From positions 9,116 through 73,115 of IMG/VR virus record IMGVR_UViG_3300014208_000032: 64,000 nucleotides of DNA; one strand, 5' to 3'. The position numbers and the translations under genes are program-made. This document shows positions 47,493-57,190 of this stretch, in pieces; position 1 is the stretch's first letter; each line of letters opens with the position of its first letter. The notes under the pieces are model-generated. The model did not search any database. It was not told the origin of the DNA and saw only the letters and a list, made by a program, of their open reading frames with translations. This stretch comes from a virus.

Positions 47493-47946
47493 TGTGTAAT
47501 GAGATAAGGTTTGATAAAAATGGATAGTTTTAAAGTTAAAATAATTTCTTGTTCTAATCCTGAATATTGGTATTCTCATTTAATAGGAGAAGTGTTTTCA
47601 GTTAGACATCTTACAAGAGAAGAAAGTGATAAATATGTTAAAGATGAAGACAAAGAAGTGAGATATTTTGTAGTGTCTCCAAAAATGTATGTTATAAGTT
47701 TAATAAATTCTCGTGATACTGTATTATATTCAGATAGGGATGAACAAATGAATTTGGCAGAAGAGATTATTGCCGTTCTTGAAAAAGCAAGATTAACAAA
47801 AGATTACCATAATCCCTGGATGGTAAATGGTATTCTTAATGCTATTGTTGAGGGATGTCCAGATTCTGAAAAGATTATTACAAGAGACATAGATAAATGG
47901 GCAAATGAAATGTGGGATTCTTAAAAGGAGAAATAATGTGTAATGA
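47483..47946 (+). repeat. 20-bp direct repeats GGAGAAATAATGTGTAATGA (47483-47502, 47927-47946)
   Basis: Exact duplication of an SD+start region flanking one gene. Confidence 0.8.
47520..47924 (+). CDS. hypothetical protein
   Basis: AAGGT SD, ATG 47520. Confidence 0.6.
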   Translation: MDSFKVKIISCSNPEYWYSHLIGEVFSVRHLTREESDKYVKDEDKEVRYFVVSPKMYVISLINSRDTVLYSDRDEQMNLAEEIIAVLEKARLTKDYHNPWMVNGILNAIVEGCPDSEKIITRDIDKWANEMWDS

Positions 47947-48091
47947 TCATTGTCCATCAGATAAAGGCATAAGTCAAATGGTAAAAAGAAAAAGTGGTTT
48001 AAAGAAAAAGCATCAAAAACTTAAAAAGAAATATAAAGAATTAAAAAAATCATATAATAAAATTAAATATAGGTTTTTAAATGAAAATTAA
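47936..48091 (+). CDS. small basic protein (51 aa, not in ORF track)
   Basis: AGGAG SD; MCNDHC..K-rich coiled coil. Confidence 0.45.
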   Translation: MCNDHCPSDKGISQMVKRKSGLKKKHQKLKKKYKELKKSYNKIKYRFLNEN

Positions 48092-48407
48092 TACGGAATT
48101 AAAAATGAAATGTTATGATTGTAAACTAAAAAAATGCAAGAAAACTCTTCTCAATAGGATTAGAGCCAATAGATACAGAGATAGTTTGGATAATGGAACA
48201 AGAGATAAACACAACCTAAAACTTCTCAAAGAGAGATGGTTCTTAAGAGAAAGGGTTTTAAAGATTAAATGGACAAAAATGGAAGAAATTGATACAGAAA
48301 CAACTTGGGACGAATTAACTATTAAAAATATAGTAAAAGAAATTAATGATGGAATAGAAAAATATGGCAAATATGATACAAGGAGTATAGATAAGAACTA
48401 TGAATGA
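48081..48407 (+). CDS. hypothetical protein
   Basis: CxxCxxxxC N-terminus. Confidence 0.55.
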   Translation: MKINTELKMKCYDCKLKKCKKTLLNRIRANRYRDSLDNGTRDKHNLKLLKERWFLRERVLKIKWTKMEEIDTETTWDELTIKNIVKEINDGIEKYGKYDTRSIDKNYE

Positions 48408-48633
48408 TAATGATACAGAGGCAATAGAAACCGCTAACAATTTTTCAGATGCATTAGCAGAACAATATAGAATATTAGCAGGTGGCCGAGTTTCTGTTGG
48501 GGAGTTAAGGCCAGAAATACTTACAGAGTATGCTATGGAACAAAGGAGTGATATTATTTATTATATAAATTACAAATACAATGAAGTTAAAAAATCACAA
48601 CGAATATTTTTAGATTTTGGAGATGACAAATGA
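48400..48633 (+). CDS. hypothetical protein, C-terminal KKSQRIFLDFGDD
   Basis: Coupled ORF. Confidence 0.55.
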   Translation: MNDNDTEAIETANNFSDALAEQYRILAGGRVSVGELRPEILTEYAMEQRSDIIYYINYKYNEVKKSQRIFLDFGDDK

Positions 48634-48691
48634 AAGTAATAAAAAAAACAATTCCGATTGACGTTGTATTATATGAAGAAGGAGTAAATAG

Positions 48692-49276
48692 ATGAATAGC
48701 ATAACACATGCAGAGTTTGAATTTTCTTTATTAGAAAATGTAAAATATGAAACAGAGGATGAAGTTCCTATTGTTTTAGAATACAAAGAAGAAATTATTA
48801 ACTTAATTAAAAAATTTAGTAATTCAGGGCAATCAGGAATGTCTGCCCCAATCACTGCTTCTATAATTACTAATTGTATTAAAAATCTTATGGCATTTAA
48901 ACCAATTGGCCCACTTGTTGGGAACGAAGAAGAATGGAATTATAATAGCGATGATAGTTTTCAAAATAATAGATTATCTGCTGTGTTTAAAACTGGATTA
49001 AATGGTAAACCTTATTATTTAGATGCCATTACTTTTGTTGGAGAAGAGGAGTATGACACTTTTCACGGACATGTTGAAGGTATATCTTCTAGACAATATT
49101 TAAAAGGTTTTCCATTTTTTCCAAAGACGTTTTACATAAATGTTTATAAGGATTTTGAAAATAAAGATGAAAACAATTTATGTAGTGGAGATGATGGAGA
49201 GTATACCTATAGAATTAAATATCCAGAACAACTAGAAGAAGTGTTTAATTATTATGATAAATTTACAAAGGAGTAA
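48692..49276 (+). CDS. conserved phage hypothetical protein
   Basis: FS.SGQSGMSA..PL.G.EEEWN..QNNRLSAVFK; AGGAG SD. Confidence 0.65.
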   Translation: MNSITHAEFEFSLLENVKYETEDEVPIVLEYKEEIINLIKKFSNSGQSGMSAPITASIITNCIKNLMAFKPIGPLVGNEEEWNYNSDDSFQNNRLSAVFKTGLNGKPYYLDAITFVGEEEYDTFHGHVEGISSRQYLKGFPFFPKTFYINVYKDFENKDENNLCSGDDGEYTYRIKYPEQLEEVFNYYDKFTKE

Positions 49277-49281
49277 ATAAA

Positions 49282-49452
49282 ATGGAAGAGATTAAAGCAG
49301 GAGACATAGTGGTGCTAAAAAATGGGCAAAGCCCAAAAATGATGGTCACTAGAGTTTCTATGGAAGTAGCAGATGTGTGCTGGTTTGAACATCAAATATC
49401 ATTCAGAGAAGAAAGTATTCAAGTTGTTGTTTTGATGAAGGTAGGTAATTAA
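49282..49452 (+). CDS. YodC/DUF2158-like protein (56 aa, not in ORF track)
   Basis: IKAGDIVVLKNGQSPKMMV..VCWF; AAGGAG SD. Confidence 0.7.
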   Translation: MEEIKAGDIVVLKNGQSPKMMVTRVSMEVADVCWFEHQISFREESIQVVVLMKVGN

Positions 49453-49455
49453 AAA

Positions 49456-49881
49456 ATGAACATATTAGAATTGGCAAAACAAAAACAGGATAGTATTGAT
49501 GACAAAAGATTAAAAATTATTAAAGAAAGAGAAGAGGAAGAACAAAAAGAGAGAAATGATTGTAATATTTTTTTTGAAAAAACATTGAAGATATTAAAAG
49601 AACTTGAAATAGATGCAGTAAGTCCAAATAATTATTGGGAAGGTATAAATATATCGCTAACAAAAGATATAGATATTAAAATAGGTGTTATTAGTAGTAG
49701 CTATATAACGATTAGATCTTATTTAAAAGAATTTCATTATAATTATGATGTAGAAACAAATTTTGTTTACATAAAACCAAATGCGGAAGGTTTTATAGAC
49801 GAAAGTAATAAAAGAATAATTCAATATAGTGCTGAATTTTTGGAAAAAGTGTTTAAAAAATTAATTTCTGACTATAATTAA
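49456..49881 (+). CDS. hypothetical protein
   Basis: AGGT SD; N-terminal coiled coil. Confidence 0.6.
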   Translation: MNILELAKQKQDSIDDKRLKIIKEREEEEQKERNDCNIFFEKTLKILKELEIDAVSPNNYWEGINISLTKDIDIKIGVISSSYITIRSYLKEFHYNYDVETNFVYIKPNAEGFIDESNKRIIQYSAEFLEKVFKKLISDYN

Positions 49882-50432
49882 CTAGTTATTTTTTTTCTTT
49901 TCTTAATCTTATCTCTTATTTTTCTAAATAAAGCAATACCAGCGGCGAGAGCAAGCGTTCCGCCGCCAATAGCAGTAGCAACTCCTGTGTCAAACATCAT
50001 AGGAGAACTATTATTATTGGGTATTCCACCAGAAGCAATAGTTTCCAACCTAGAAAGAGTTGCGTCAGGAAAGTCCCATCCGTTGTTTTCTGCACCTTTA
50101 ATCTTGCTAATATATTTATCCAATTCTTTTGTTAATTCGTTTTTATCAACATAAGTTTTATCCAATCCTTCAATATTTCTAACTGCACCACTTCTCATAA
50201 TTCCAATATCAAATGGTAAAAAACTTTCATAAAAATCTTTAGTAAAATTATTCTTAATATATTCAGCAAAATTGTTATCATTTTTTACAATCTCTGCAAT
50301 TTTATCTTTTGAAAACGTAAACAAATTAAGAAACAACAAATCACTTTCAATGTCAAAATTGTTTGTATTAACATAACTCTCGTTAAGAGTTCTTCCCTCA
50401 ATTCTTAAAAGGATTTGTTGTTTATAATTCAT
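49878..50432 (-). CDS. tail-anchored membrane protein with TLNE|S leader
   Basis: C-terminal GVATAIGGGTLALAAGIALF followed by RKIRDKIKKRKK. Confidence 0.65.
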   Translation of the reverse strand: MNYKQQILLRIEGRTLNESYVNTNNFDIESDLLFLNLFTFSKDKIAEIVKNDNNFAEYIKNNFTKDFYESFLPFDIGIMRSGAVRNIEGLDKTYVDKNELTKELDKYISKIKGAENNGWDFPDATLSRLETIASGGIPNNNSSPMMFDTGVATAIGGGTLALAAGIALFRKIRDKIKKRKKITS

Positions 50433-53050
50433 TATATTTTCTCCGTCACTGTCATTTCTTTTTCTTTAATAGAAGCAATATCTGCATCTGTTAAATTGCC
50501 AGAGATTATCCAATTCTTATCTGGTGCATTAAATCTTGCTTTGTAAATATTTTTCAACCAATCTTTATTAGGAAATGTTTTCCCACCAATTAAATAGGTT
50601 TTATTAGCAGATTTTACTTCAGCAATATTCTTAGCAGCATTAGAAACAGCAGATTGAGCTGCTACTTTTGGAATTTCTTTGTCAGGAGCTGGTTCAAATT
50701 TCTTCATATTCATTTCATAAGAAGCATCAGTTTCTTTATATGTAGGAGTAGATCCTTTAAGAACTTCTTGAAGTTTCTTGTTAACAATAGCAACAATTCT
50801 TTTGATAATAACTTTAGGAACAGCAGACAATACATCTTTAATTTCAGTTTTTGGTAGATTTTTTGCTTTAATGTCTTCAAGTTGTTTTTTAAGTGGTTCG
50901 ACATTAATTCCTCTTGCTTCTAATTTTTTAATTCTAACTTCCATATCTTTTTCTTTGTCAGATATTTGTCTCACGTTTTTAGGGGCAAGAGTTGGCATAG
51001 ACAATTTAGAAATTGTAACAATTGGTTTGTGTCCACCAACTTGTTTTTCAACCTTCTCAATACCAAAATCAAATAAAGTTTTATCATAACCATATTTACT
51101 ATGAATATCTCTAATTTCTTTAGAAGTATCACTTTTTATTTCTTGAATAGCTTGTTTACCAATTTCTACTAAATTAATTCTACTGGCAGTTTCTTTATCA
51201 AGATCACTATTAACAGCAAATTGAATCATATCATTCCAACTTCTAAAATAGACAGGAAATCTTCCAAATTCTTTATCCTTCAATACAGGAGGAAGAAATC
51301 TGTTCATATCTTTAGGACTTTCTGCCCCCATTAATACAGAAGAAACCTTAACCATATTGGAAGTTTCAGGGTTCATTTGTTTTTCAATCTGCCCTTTTAA
51401 TTTTTCTCTTCCAGTTGCTATCTCTGCTTTATAACTAGACGCATCATTTGCATCATTTCTTCTTCCAGCTTTATCAATAAAATTAAGATCTTTCTTTCTT
51501 GCTTGAAGAGCTTCTTTCATTCCTTTTAAATCTTTGGCATAAAGAGGTTTAGTAAATTCTTTTATCTTATAATCTTCCCAGCCAGATTTATTTGCAAGAG
51601 TTTCGATTTCTTTAGATTTAGATTGCCAATTTCCTGATAAAAGTTTCTCAATATCTGTAATAACTTTTTCTTCATGAAATGTAGAACCTTGTAGAGCTTT
51701 TCTTTTTGTTGTTTTTGATAATTTAGAAAGTGATTCTGCATCCCTGTTTTTATAGAAAGAAGATTCAGCTTTAATTAATTCTTGTCCTTTTTTAGAAAAC
51801 ATTGTATTAAGAAAACTAATCAAGGTTGGTTTAGCATTTCTAATGAGATATTCTGTTATTCCAGTAGTTCTTGTGTTGGCAGATCCGTGAACCATGTCTG
51901 GCTTAATCATTTTGGAAATAATAGAATTAGATATATGAGCAAAGTTTTCTTTAATACTATCATCCATTTTCACAAGTTTTTCAAGAGAAGTAAAATCTGC
52001 ACTATCAACTCTTTTCAAATCAGATATAAATTTTTGATCAGCAATATTTTGTGTATGAAATGTAGCAAGTCGAGATGTGTCTGATTTATAAACTTGCTTC
52101 ATGTCTTTAGAATGTTTGAAATAATCATTAGTAATTTTAGCTAGGTTGTTTACTTGTTGAGGAGTGGCAGTATATTTCTTTTGTTCTAAAAACTTATTAA
52201 TAGCTTCTTGAACACTTTCTTTTCCTTCTACTGCTTTAATAAACTCATCAAAAAGCCTATCATAAACCTCTCTATTCCTCATAGAAGTATCAATTGGTCT
52301 TGTATTATAATCAGTTGATCTTGCATAATCTTTTTCAATATTATTTAGTTCGGTATATTTTAAAGCTTTAAGCATTTCAATTTTTTTATCAAAAGATTTC
52401 TCTTCATAAACTTTTTTCAATTCTGCATATAATTGATCTTTTTTTAAACTTCTATCAAAATTAGCAGTAAGATCAGACATTCCAACAGGAGATCCGCCAC
52501 CAGCAATGCTTCTTAAATCTTTTCTTAAATCATTATACATACTTACAAGAGCAGATTTGTATTTTTGATTTTTACCTTTTATGACATCAAGTTTTCCTTG
52601 GGTTTGTTTTCCAAGAACTCCCTTGATATCAAAAATCTCATCAAGTTTATTTTGAATTACTTTTCTAATAGCAGAGGAAGAAGAATCCGATCCATGTCTT
52701 ACAGATCCGATAGATTGTTTAATGTCTTTCTTTTCGTGGTGGTCAGAAACCCAATAATCTTTATTACCAAGAACTTTATCTGTTTCATCTCCAAAATCTC
52801 CAAAATCAACAACAACACCTTTTTGCCCTTTTTTTAAATTCCAAACATCTTTAGCGTTTGCTCCATATTGAACAGGGACTAGAACAATTTGTTCTGGCTT
52901 AACTCCTTGCTTGAGTAATTGATTGTAAGCCATAGTGGCAGAAGAAATTCCGTCTAAATCAGTGTGATGGAGTAATTTTATTGATTTCTCTGTTCCTTTT
53001 TTTCCTAAGTTAATACCACTTTCTGTTATGTATTCTTTAAAACTTTTCAT
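50432..53050 (-). CDS. DHH/DHHA1 phosphoesterase-like protein with large insertions and capsid-targeting sequence
   Basis: HTDLDG, VVDF, SDHH, GGHK motifs; N-terminus MKSFKEYITE. Confidence 0.75.
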   Translation of the reverse strand: MKSFKEYITESGINLGKKGTEKSIKLLHHTDLDGISSATMAYNQLLKQGVKPEQIVLVPVQYGANAKDVWNLKKGQKGVVVDFGDFGDETDKVLGNKDYWVSDHHEKKDIKQSIGSVRHGSDSSSSAIRKVIQNKLDEIFDIKGVLGKQTQGKLDVIKGKNQKYKSALVSMYNDLRKDLRSIAGGGSPVGMSDLTANFDRSLKKDQLYAELKKVYEEKSFDKKIEMLKALKYTELNNIEKDYARSTDYNTRPIDTSMRNREVYDRLFDEFIKAVEGKESVQEAINKFLEQKKYTATPQQVNNLAKITNDYFKHSKDMKQVYKSDTSRLATFHTQNIADQKFISDLKRVDSADFTSLEKLVKMDDSIKENFAHISNSIISKMIKPDMVHGSANTRTTGITEYLIRNAKPTLISFLNTMFSKKGQELIKAESSFYKNRDAESLSKLSKTTKRKALQGSTFHEEKVITDIEKLLSGNWQSKSKEIETLANKSGWEDYKIKEFTKPLYAKDLKGMKEALQARKKDLNFIDKAGRRNDANDASSYKAEIATGREKLKGQIEKQMNPETSNMVKVSSVLMGAESPKDMNRFLPPVLKDKEFGRFPVYFRSWNDMIQFAVNSDLDKETASRINLVEIGKQAIQEIKSDTSKEIRDIHSKYGYDKTLFDFGIEKVEKQVGGHKPIVTISKLSMPTLAPKNVRQISDKEKDMEVRIKKLEARGINVEPLKKQLEDIKAKNLPKTEIKDVLSAVPKVIIKRIVAIVNKKLQEVLKGSTPTYKETDASYEMNMKKFEPAPDKEIPKVAAQSAVSNAAKNIAEVKSANKTYLIGGKTFPNKDWLKNIYKARFNAPDKNWIISGNLTDADIASIKEKEMTVTEKI

Positions 53051-53075
53051 TATTTTCCCTTTTATTATATTAACT

Positions 53076-53450
53076 TTATTCGCTACTATAAACTACAAAT
53101 TTCTTTTTATCTTTCTCGTCTATGAAATCAATATTGTTTATTTTTTTAAATCCAATTGAATTATGTAAATTTATACTTCTATCATTATCATTACTAATTA
53201 CAGAATAAAATAATCCAAATTTTTTCTTAGCTTCTAATAAAACTAATTTTGCTAATCCTTGTCTTCTAAATTCTTTATCTATTTGTATAAATATTTCCTT
53301 CTTGTTTTTTAAGACATCATTAGTCAATATATCAAAATAACCAATTATTTTATTGTCATAGATAATATCATAATTATCTCTATCTTTTTCTTTCTTTGTT
53401 AGTTTAAATATTATTGTTTTATTTTCATTCAATAAATCAAATAGTTTCAT
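53076..53450 (-). CDS. GNAT acetyltransferase with capsid-targeting-like N-terminus
   Basis: FRRQGLA (motif A), NDRSINLHNSIGF; start reassigned to ATG 53450 (MKLFDLLNE). Confidence 0.8.
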   Translation of the reverse strand: MKLFDLLNENKTIIFKLTKKEKDRDNYDIIYDNKIIGYFDILTNDVLKNKKEIFIQIDKEFRRQGLAKLVLLEAKKKFGLFYSVISNDNDRSINLHNSIGFKKINNIDFIDEKDKKKFVVYSSE

Positions 53451-53470
53451 GTAATTATCTTTGCCAAAAA

Positions 53471-53504
53471 AAATCCAAGACAAATTTTACTTCATCTTGG
53501 ATTT
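53471..53504 (-). terminator. probable intrinsic terminator
   Basis: AAATCCAAGA/TCTTGGATTT stem, T run on minus strand. Confidence 0.5.
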
Positions 53505-53524
53505 AATTTTAAAAATTATTTAGA

Positions 53525-54148
53525 TTAAAAAATAGAACAAATGATAAGAAACAAACCAGTATAATAAGTTGGCATTATAAGATATTGATAAGCATTCTTA
53601 AAAGGCCAATTTGGATTAAACAACTGATGAGCAATTACACTGTCGCTGATATAAAGCAACGAAGTTCCAATAACAATCATCCAATTTCCGGTTAGTATTG
53701 CCATTGATACTAAAAATACCTGTGCCAATAAATAAACAGCAATAGGAATTGTTTTATCTCCAGCTTTTAAAAATAAAAATTGAAAGATTGAAAACCCAAT
53801 CAAAGTAATAAGAGGAATAATAATCATTTCGTTAATAATTAAAGTTTTAAATAAAAATGAAACTCCAAACAAAACATATCCAATCAGAAAAGATAATGCT
53901 CCATAAATAAATACTTCATCTTTCCCTAAATAAGAAAGAAAGTAATCACCTATTACAGAAAGTAAAAATCCAACTGAAAGAATTACCATCCCAATTGAGG
54001 GAAATAAAATTGTTCCAACAATAGAAAGACCAAAAAACAATCCAGTTGATGTAAGTTTTACCAACCCTGCTTTTAAATTATTTTGAACCGCCAACTCCAT
54101 TCCAATTAATCCAACAACAAGAGCTACTAATCCTAATGCTATAAACAT
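53525..54148 (-). CDS. YhhN-family membrane protein (lysoplasmalogenase-like)
   Basis: SVIGDYFL, GALSFL, LYISDSVIA, IMPTYY; ~8 TM. Confidence 0.75.
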   Translation of the reverse strand: MFIALGLVALVVGLIGMELAVQNNLKAGLVKLTSTGLFFGLSIVGTILFPSIGMVILSVGFLLSVIGDYFLSYLGKDEVFIYGALSFLIGYVLFGVSFLFKTLIINEMIIIPLITLIGFSIFQFLFLKAGDKTIPIAVYLLAQVFLVSMAILTGNWMIVIGTSLLYISDSVIAHQLFNPNWPFKNAYQYLIMPTYYTGLFLIICSIF

Positions 54149-54291
54149 TTGTTCTCCTTATTTTGTGCTTTTTTTCTCAATAATATAACATCAACCAATA
54201 AAGACAACCTCAAAAGAGTTTTCTCGTCTCTAGTTTTTTCAAACTTCTTTACAAAATAAGCAATATCTTCAATATCAACATCGACCATTTG

Positions 54292-54717
54292 TTAATTCTC
54301 CTTATATTCTTTTTTTTCTTCAAATCCTAAATCAAGAACTTTATTAATTCTGTTTTTTAAACTCACTCTGTTATCATTATATTCTCTAATAAGAATGGCA
54401 AATCTTCCAACGTCATCTAAATTAACTTCTGTTCTGATTTTATCTTCCAAGTCCCACTGAGATTTATTAGAAGATGACAGTGTATCGTAAATTACACTTA
54501 TTTTTGGCATATATTCTTTTAAAAATATAAACAATTCGCTGTATTCATAATCTACTTTCAATCCTTTATTTTTCTTTATTTCAAGAATAGAAAGTTTATC
54601 AAACAATTCTCCAGGAGACACGAAATCAAATAAACGATCTTTGGGAACATATTGTCTATAAGGAATATCACTTCCATCTAAGTTTGTTGTCCTACAATAA
54701 GTAAAAGTAGATTCCAT
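54292..54717 (-). CDS. DUF6165-like protein
   Basis: VSPGELFDKLSILEIK..WDLEDKIR..NDNR..LK.RIN..EKKEY. Confidence 0.7.
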   Translation of the reverse strand: MESTFTYCRTTNLDGSDIPYRQYVPKDRLFDFVSPGELFDKLSILEIKKNKGLKVDYEYSELFIFLKEYMPKISVIYDTLSSSNKSQWDLEDKIRTEVNLDDVGRFAILIREYNDNRVSLKNRINKVLDLGFEEKKEYKEN

Positions 54718-55685
54718 TATTTTCCTCCAAGGATTGTATCAAGATTTTCCATAATTAATTTAGGGATTACTTTAATACATTCTGGTTTTTTGCAAGTCCA
54801 AACATTTCCCTTACTAACAAAATCAGAAGAATGTCTAAAATAAGGGCGAGAACAATGCAAATCATGAAATGGACAAGAGTTAGTAAGATTAATGTTTTGT
54901 TTATAGCCAAAATTAATTGGAGATGTCGCACCCCAAAGAACAATTCCTTTTTTCTTTATATTTTTACAAGCAGAAAAATGTTGTAGACTGCTGTCTATAG
55001 CGATAAAAGTTTCTGCTTTTTGAAGAATATAAGGCATTGCTGTATAAGAAAGATCAGAAGTTTCAACAGCTCCAGGAATTTTATATTCATAAGGAAGTCC
55101 AACATTAACTACTGTATAGTTTTTATACTTCTGTGTAAACAAAGTAAGCAATTCGTTAAGGTTTTCCATTGGATAATCTTTTACCATACTTTTGTTGTTT
55201 GGTTGCTGGTTAACTGCTTGATTTCCACCAACAAATTGAATTGCAATATATCTTCTTCCCCCAATTCTTTTATCAAGTTCTGCTTTAATATGGTTTGGGG
55301 TTTCAATAGCAATTGGTAAATCTTCTTCTTCATTGTAATCTAAATCAAAAGATCTCATAAAACCTTCAATGATACTGATTTTTTTATTAAAGAAATCATT
55401 CATTTCGTATGGCTCAGGAGCAAATCTATTTCTGTTTTTAAAATAGTCATCATAACCATATTCAACATTCATATTAATGCTTCTTCTAACCCCATCAATT
55501 CCTTCATAGATGTCAGGGAAAGCAGAAAGGATATCTACTTCTCCATATTTCTCAACCACCTTTGGAATCACAGCAGAGAAGGATACGTGCCTTCCAATTC
55601 CTCCTGTCATTACTAATGTTGTATTCAAATCTTTTTTCTCCTTTTCTAAATAAATTGAGTAAATATTTTTATCTAACCAAATCAA
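54717..55685 (-). CDS. GT9-like (heptosyltransferase-type) glycosyltransferase
   Basis: GGIG, FIAIDSSLQH, GIVLWGATSP..FGY..N, C-terminal Cys cluster. Confidence 0.75.
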   Translation of the reverse strand: MIWLDKNIYSIYLEKEKKDLNTTLVMTGGIGRHVSFSAVIPKVVEKYGEVDILSAFPDIYEGIDGVRRSINMNVEYGYDDYFKNRNRFAPEPYEMNDFFNKKISIIEGFMRSFDLDYNEEEDLPIAIETPNHIKAELDKRIGGRRYIAIQFVGGNQAVNQQPNNKSMVKDYPMENLNELLTLFTQKYKNYTVVNVGLPYEYKIPGAVETSDLSYTAMPYILQKAETFIAIDSSLQHFSACKNIKKKGIVLWGATSPINFGYKQNINLTNSCPFHDLHCSRPYFRHSSDFVSKGNVWTCKKPECIKVIPKLIMENLDTILGGK

Positions 55686-57133
55686 TTTTCTATATATTCC
55701 TTCTTTTGCATTACAAACAATAAATCCCTATAATTTTCATCAGGTAGATTATCAATAAATTTAATCTCAAGTATTTTAAAGTTTACCTCTGCGTAATTAT
55801 TTATGCTTCCGTAATAAGTTGATTGATCAAAGTAGTCCATACTTTGTTCTGTGAAAAAGCGAACGTGAGTTGGGTCAATAAAGGCAGTAATACTTTTATA
55901 ATAAGGAACCTTCATTACAAAAAGTCCATCATTTTTTAATATTCTATAAACATTTTTCATAGCAGAAATAATATTAGGAAGATGTTCCATTATAGACATA
56001 GCATAAATTTCATCATAATCTACCCCAATTGGCCAAAAATCTAAATTTAAATCAGTAATAATTTCTGGATTCGTTTTGCTTCTAATATCAACATTAACCG
56101 CGCCAATCATTTTATCATTGCCAGAACCAAGATTACAAATTTTCTTTACTTTAAAATCTTTATATTCTTCTTCTGCTATTTTAAAAACTTCTACTATATT
56201 CTTTGTAAAATTTTTCCATGTATAATCTTCCACATCAATTTCTTTTGCTAGGCATTGATGTTTACTTGCATTGTTAACAAACTCTTCCATCAATTCAAAT
56301 AAATAATTTTTGTTTGGTTCTGCCCATTCGGTTTCAAAATTATTTCTAATAATAATTTTACTCATTAAATAATCAATTGCTAAAGATTTTGAAACAGGAA
56401 GAAAATCTTCTGTTCCACCAAATGGGGTATGAATAACTGGCAAACCACAAGCTGCAGCTTCCAATGCTGTTAACCCTACTCCTTCCCCATGAGAAGGAAG
56501 AATAAGACAATCACACATATTATAATATTCTACCATGTTTTCTTCTTTAGAGTTTTTATAATCATACAATATGTTTCCGTCTCTAGTTATCCCGTCTTTT
56601 CCATCTTCTGTTGTTTTAATATACAATCTCGTGTTAGGATATAGTTTATTAAAATCTTTAAACACTTCAACAGCAATGTCAAACCCTTTTCTTTCACTTA
56701 ATGCCCCGCAATATAAAAATGTATAAATTGGTTCTCTATCTTGTGTAAAAACTTGTGGTTTAATATCTATTGTGTTTTTATAAATATTTTCGTCATATCC
56801 GCCAAGTGAAACAAATATTTTTCTATTTAATACTCTTTCCAAATATTCTTTATTCCTATCGTTTGAAACAATAATATATTCTGCTTTGTTTAGATTATCT
56901 AATTCGTTCTGTGGTAAAGTTGTTGTTTCAAACTGAACCCAAACAACATTTATTCTATTATAAACTGGTTTAAATCCATTTGGTAAACAAATAGTAAAAG
57001 CAATTTTAGAATCTTTATCTAATTTAACATCAAAATCTTTAAGATGTTTTTTAAAATATTTAATTGTTTTAGACATCCCATAATTTAATCCAATTCCGTT
57101 TTCTACAAATAAAGGGTTATATAATATTTTCAT
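55682..57133 (-). CDS. GT4 glycosyltransferase fused to class I SAM methyltransferase
   Basis: RKG, PSHGEGVGLTALEAAACGLPVI; then NLGSG..NVD..MEHL..YRILK.DG..DPTH. Confidence 0.85.
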   Translation of the reverse strand: MKILYNPLFVENGIGLNYGMSKTIKYFKKHLKDFDVKLDKDSKIAFTICLPNGFKPVYNRINVVWVQFETTTLPQNELDNLNKAEYIIVSNDRNKEYLERVLNRKIFVSLGGYDENIYKNTIDIKPQVFTQDREPIYTFLYCGALSERKGFDIAVEVFKDFNKLYPNTRLYIKTTEDGKDGITRDGNILYDYKNSKEENMVEYYNMCDCLILPSHGEGVGLTALEAAACGLPVIHTPFGGTEDFLPVSKSLAIDYLMSKIIIRNNFETEWAEPNKNYLFELMEEFVNNASKHQCLAKEIDVEDYTWKNFTKNIVEVFKIAEEEYKDFKVKKICNLGSGNDKMIGAVNVDIRSKTNPEIITDLNLDFWPIGVDYDEIYAMSIMEHLPNIISAMKNVYRILKNDGLFVMKVPYYKSITAFIDPTHVRFFTEQSMDYFDQSTYYGSINNYAEVNFKILEIKFIDNLPDENYRDLLFVMQKKEYIEN

Positions 57134-57190
57134 TCAATACTCCTATCAGTTATTTATGATATGGCAAAGTTAATATTAAACGAGGGAAAA

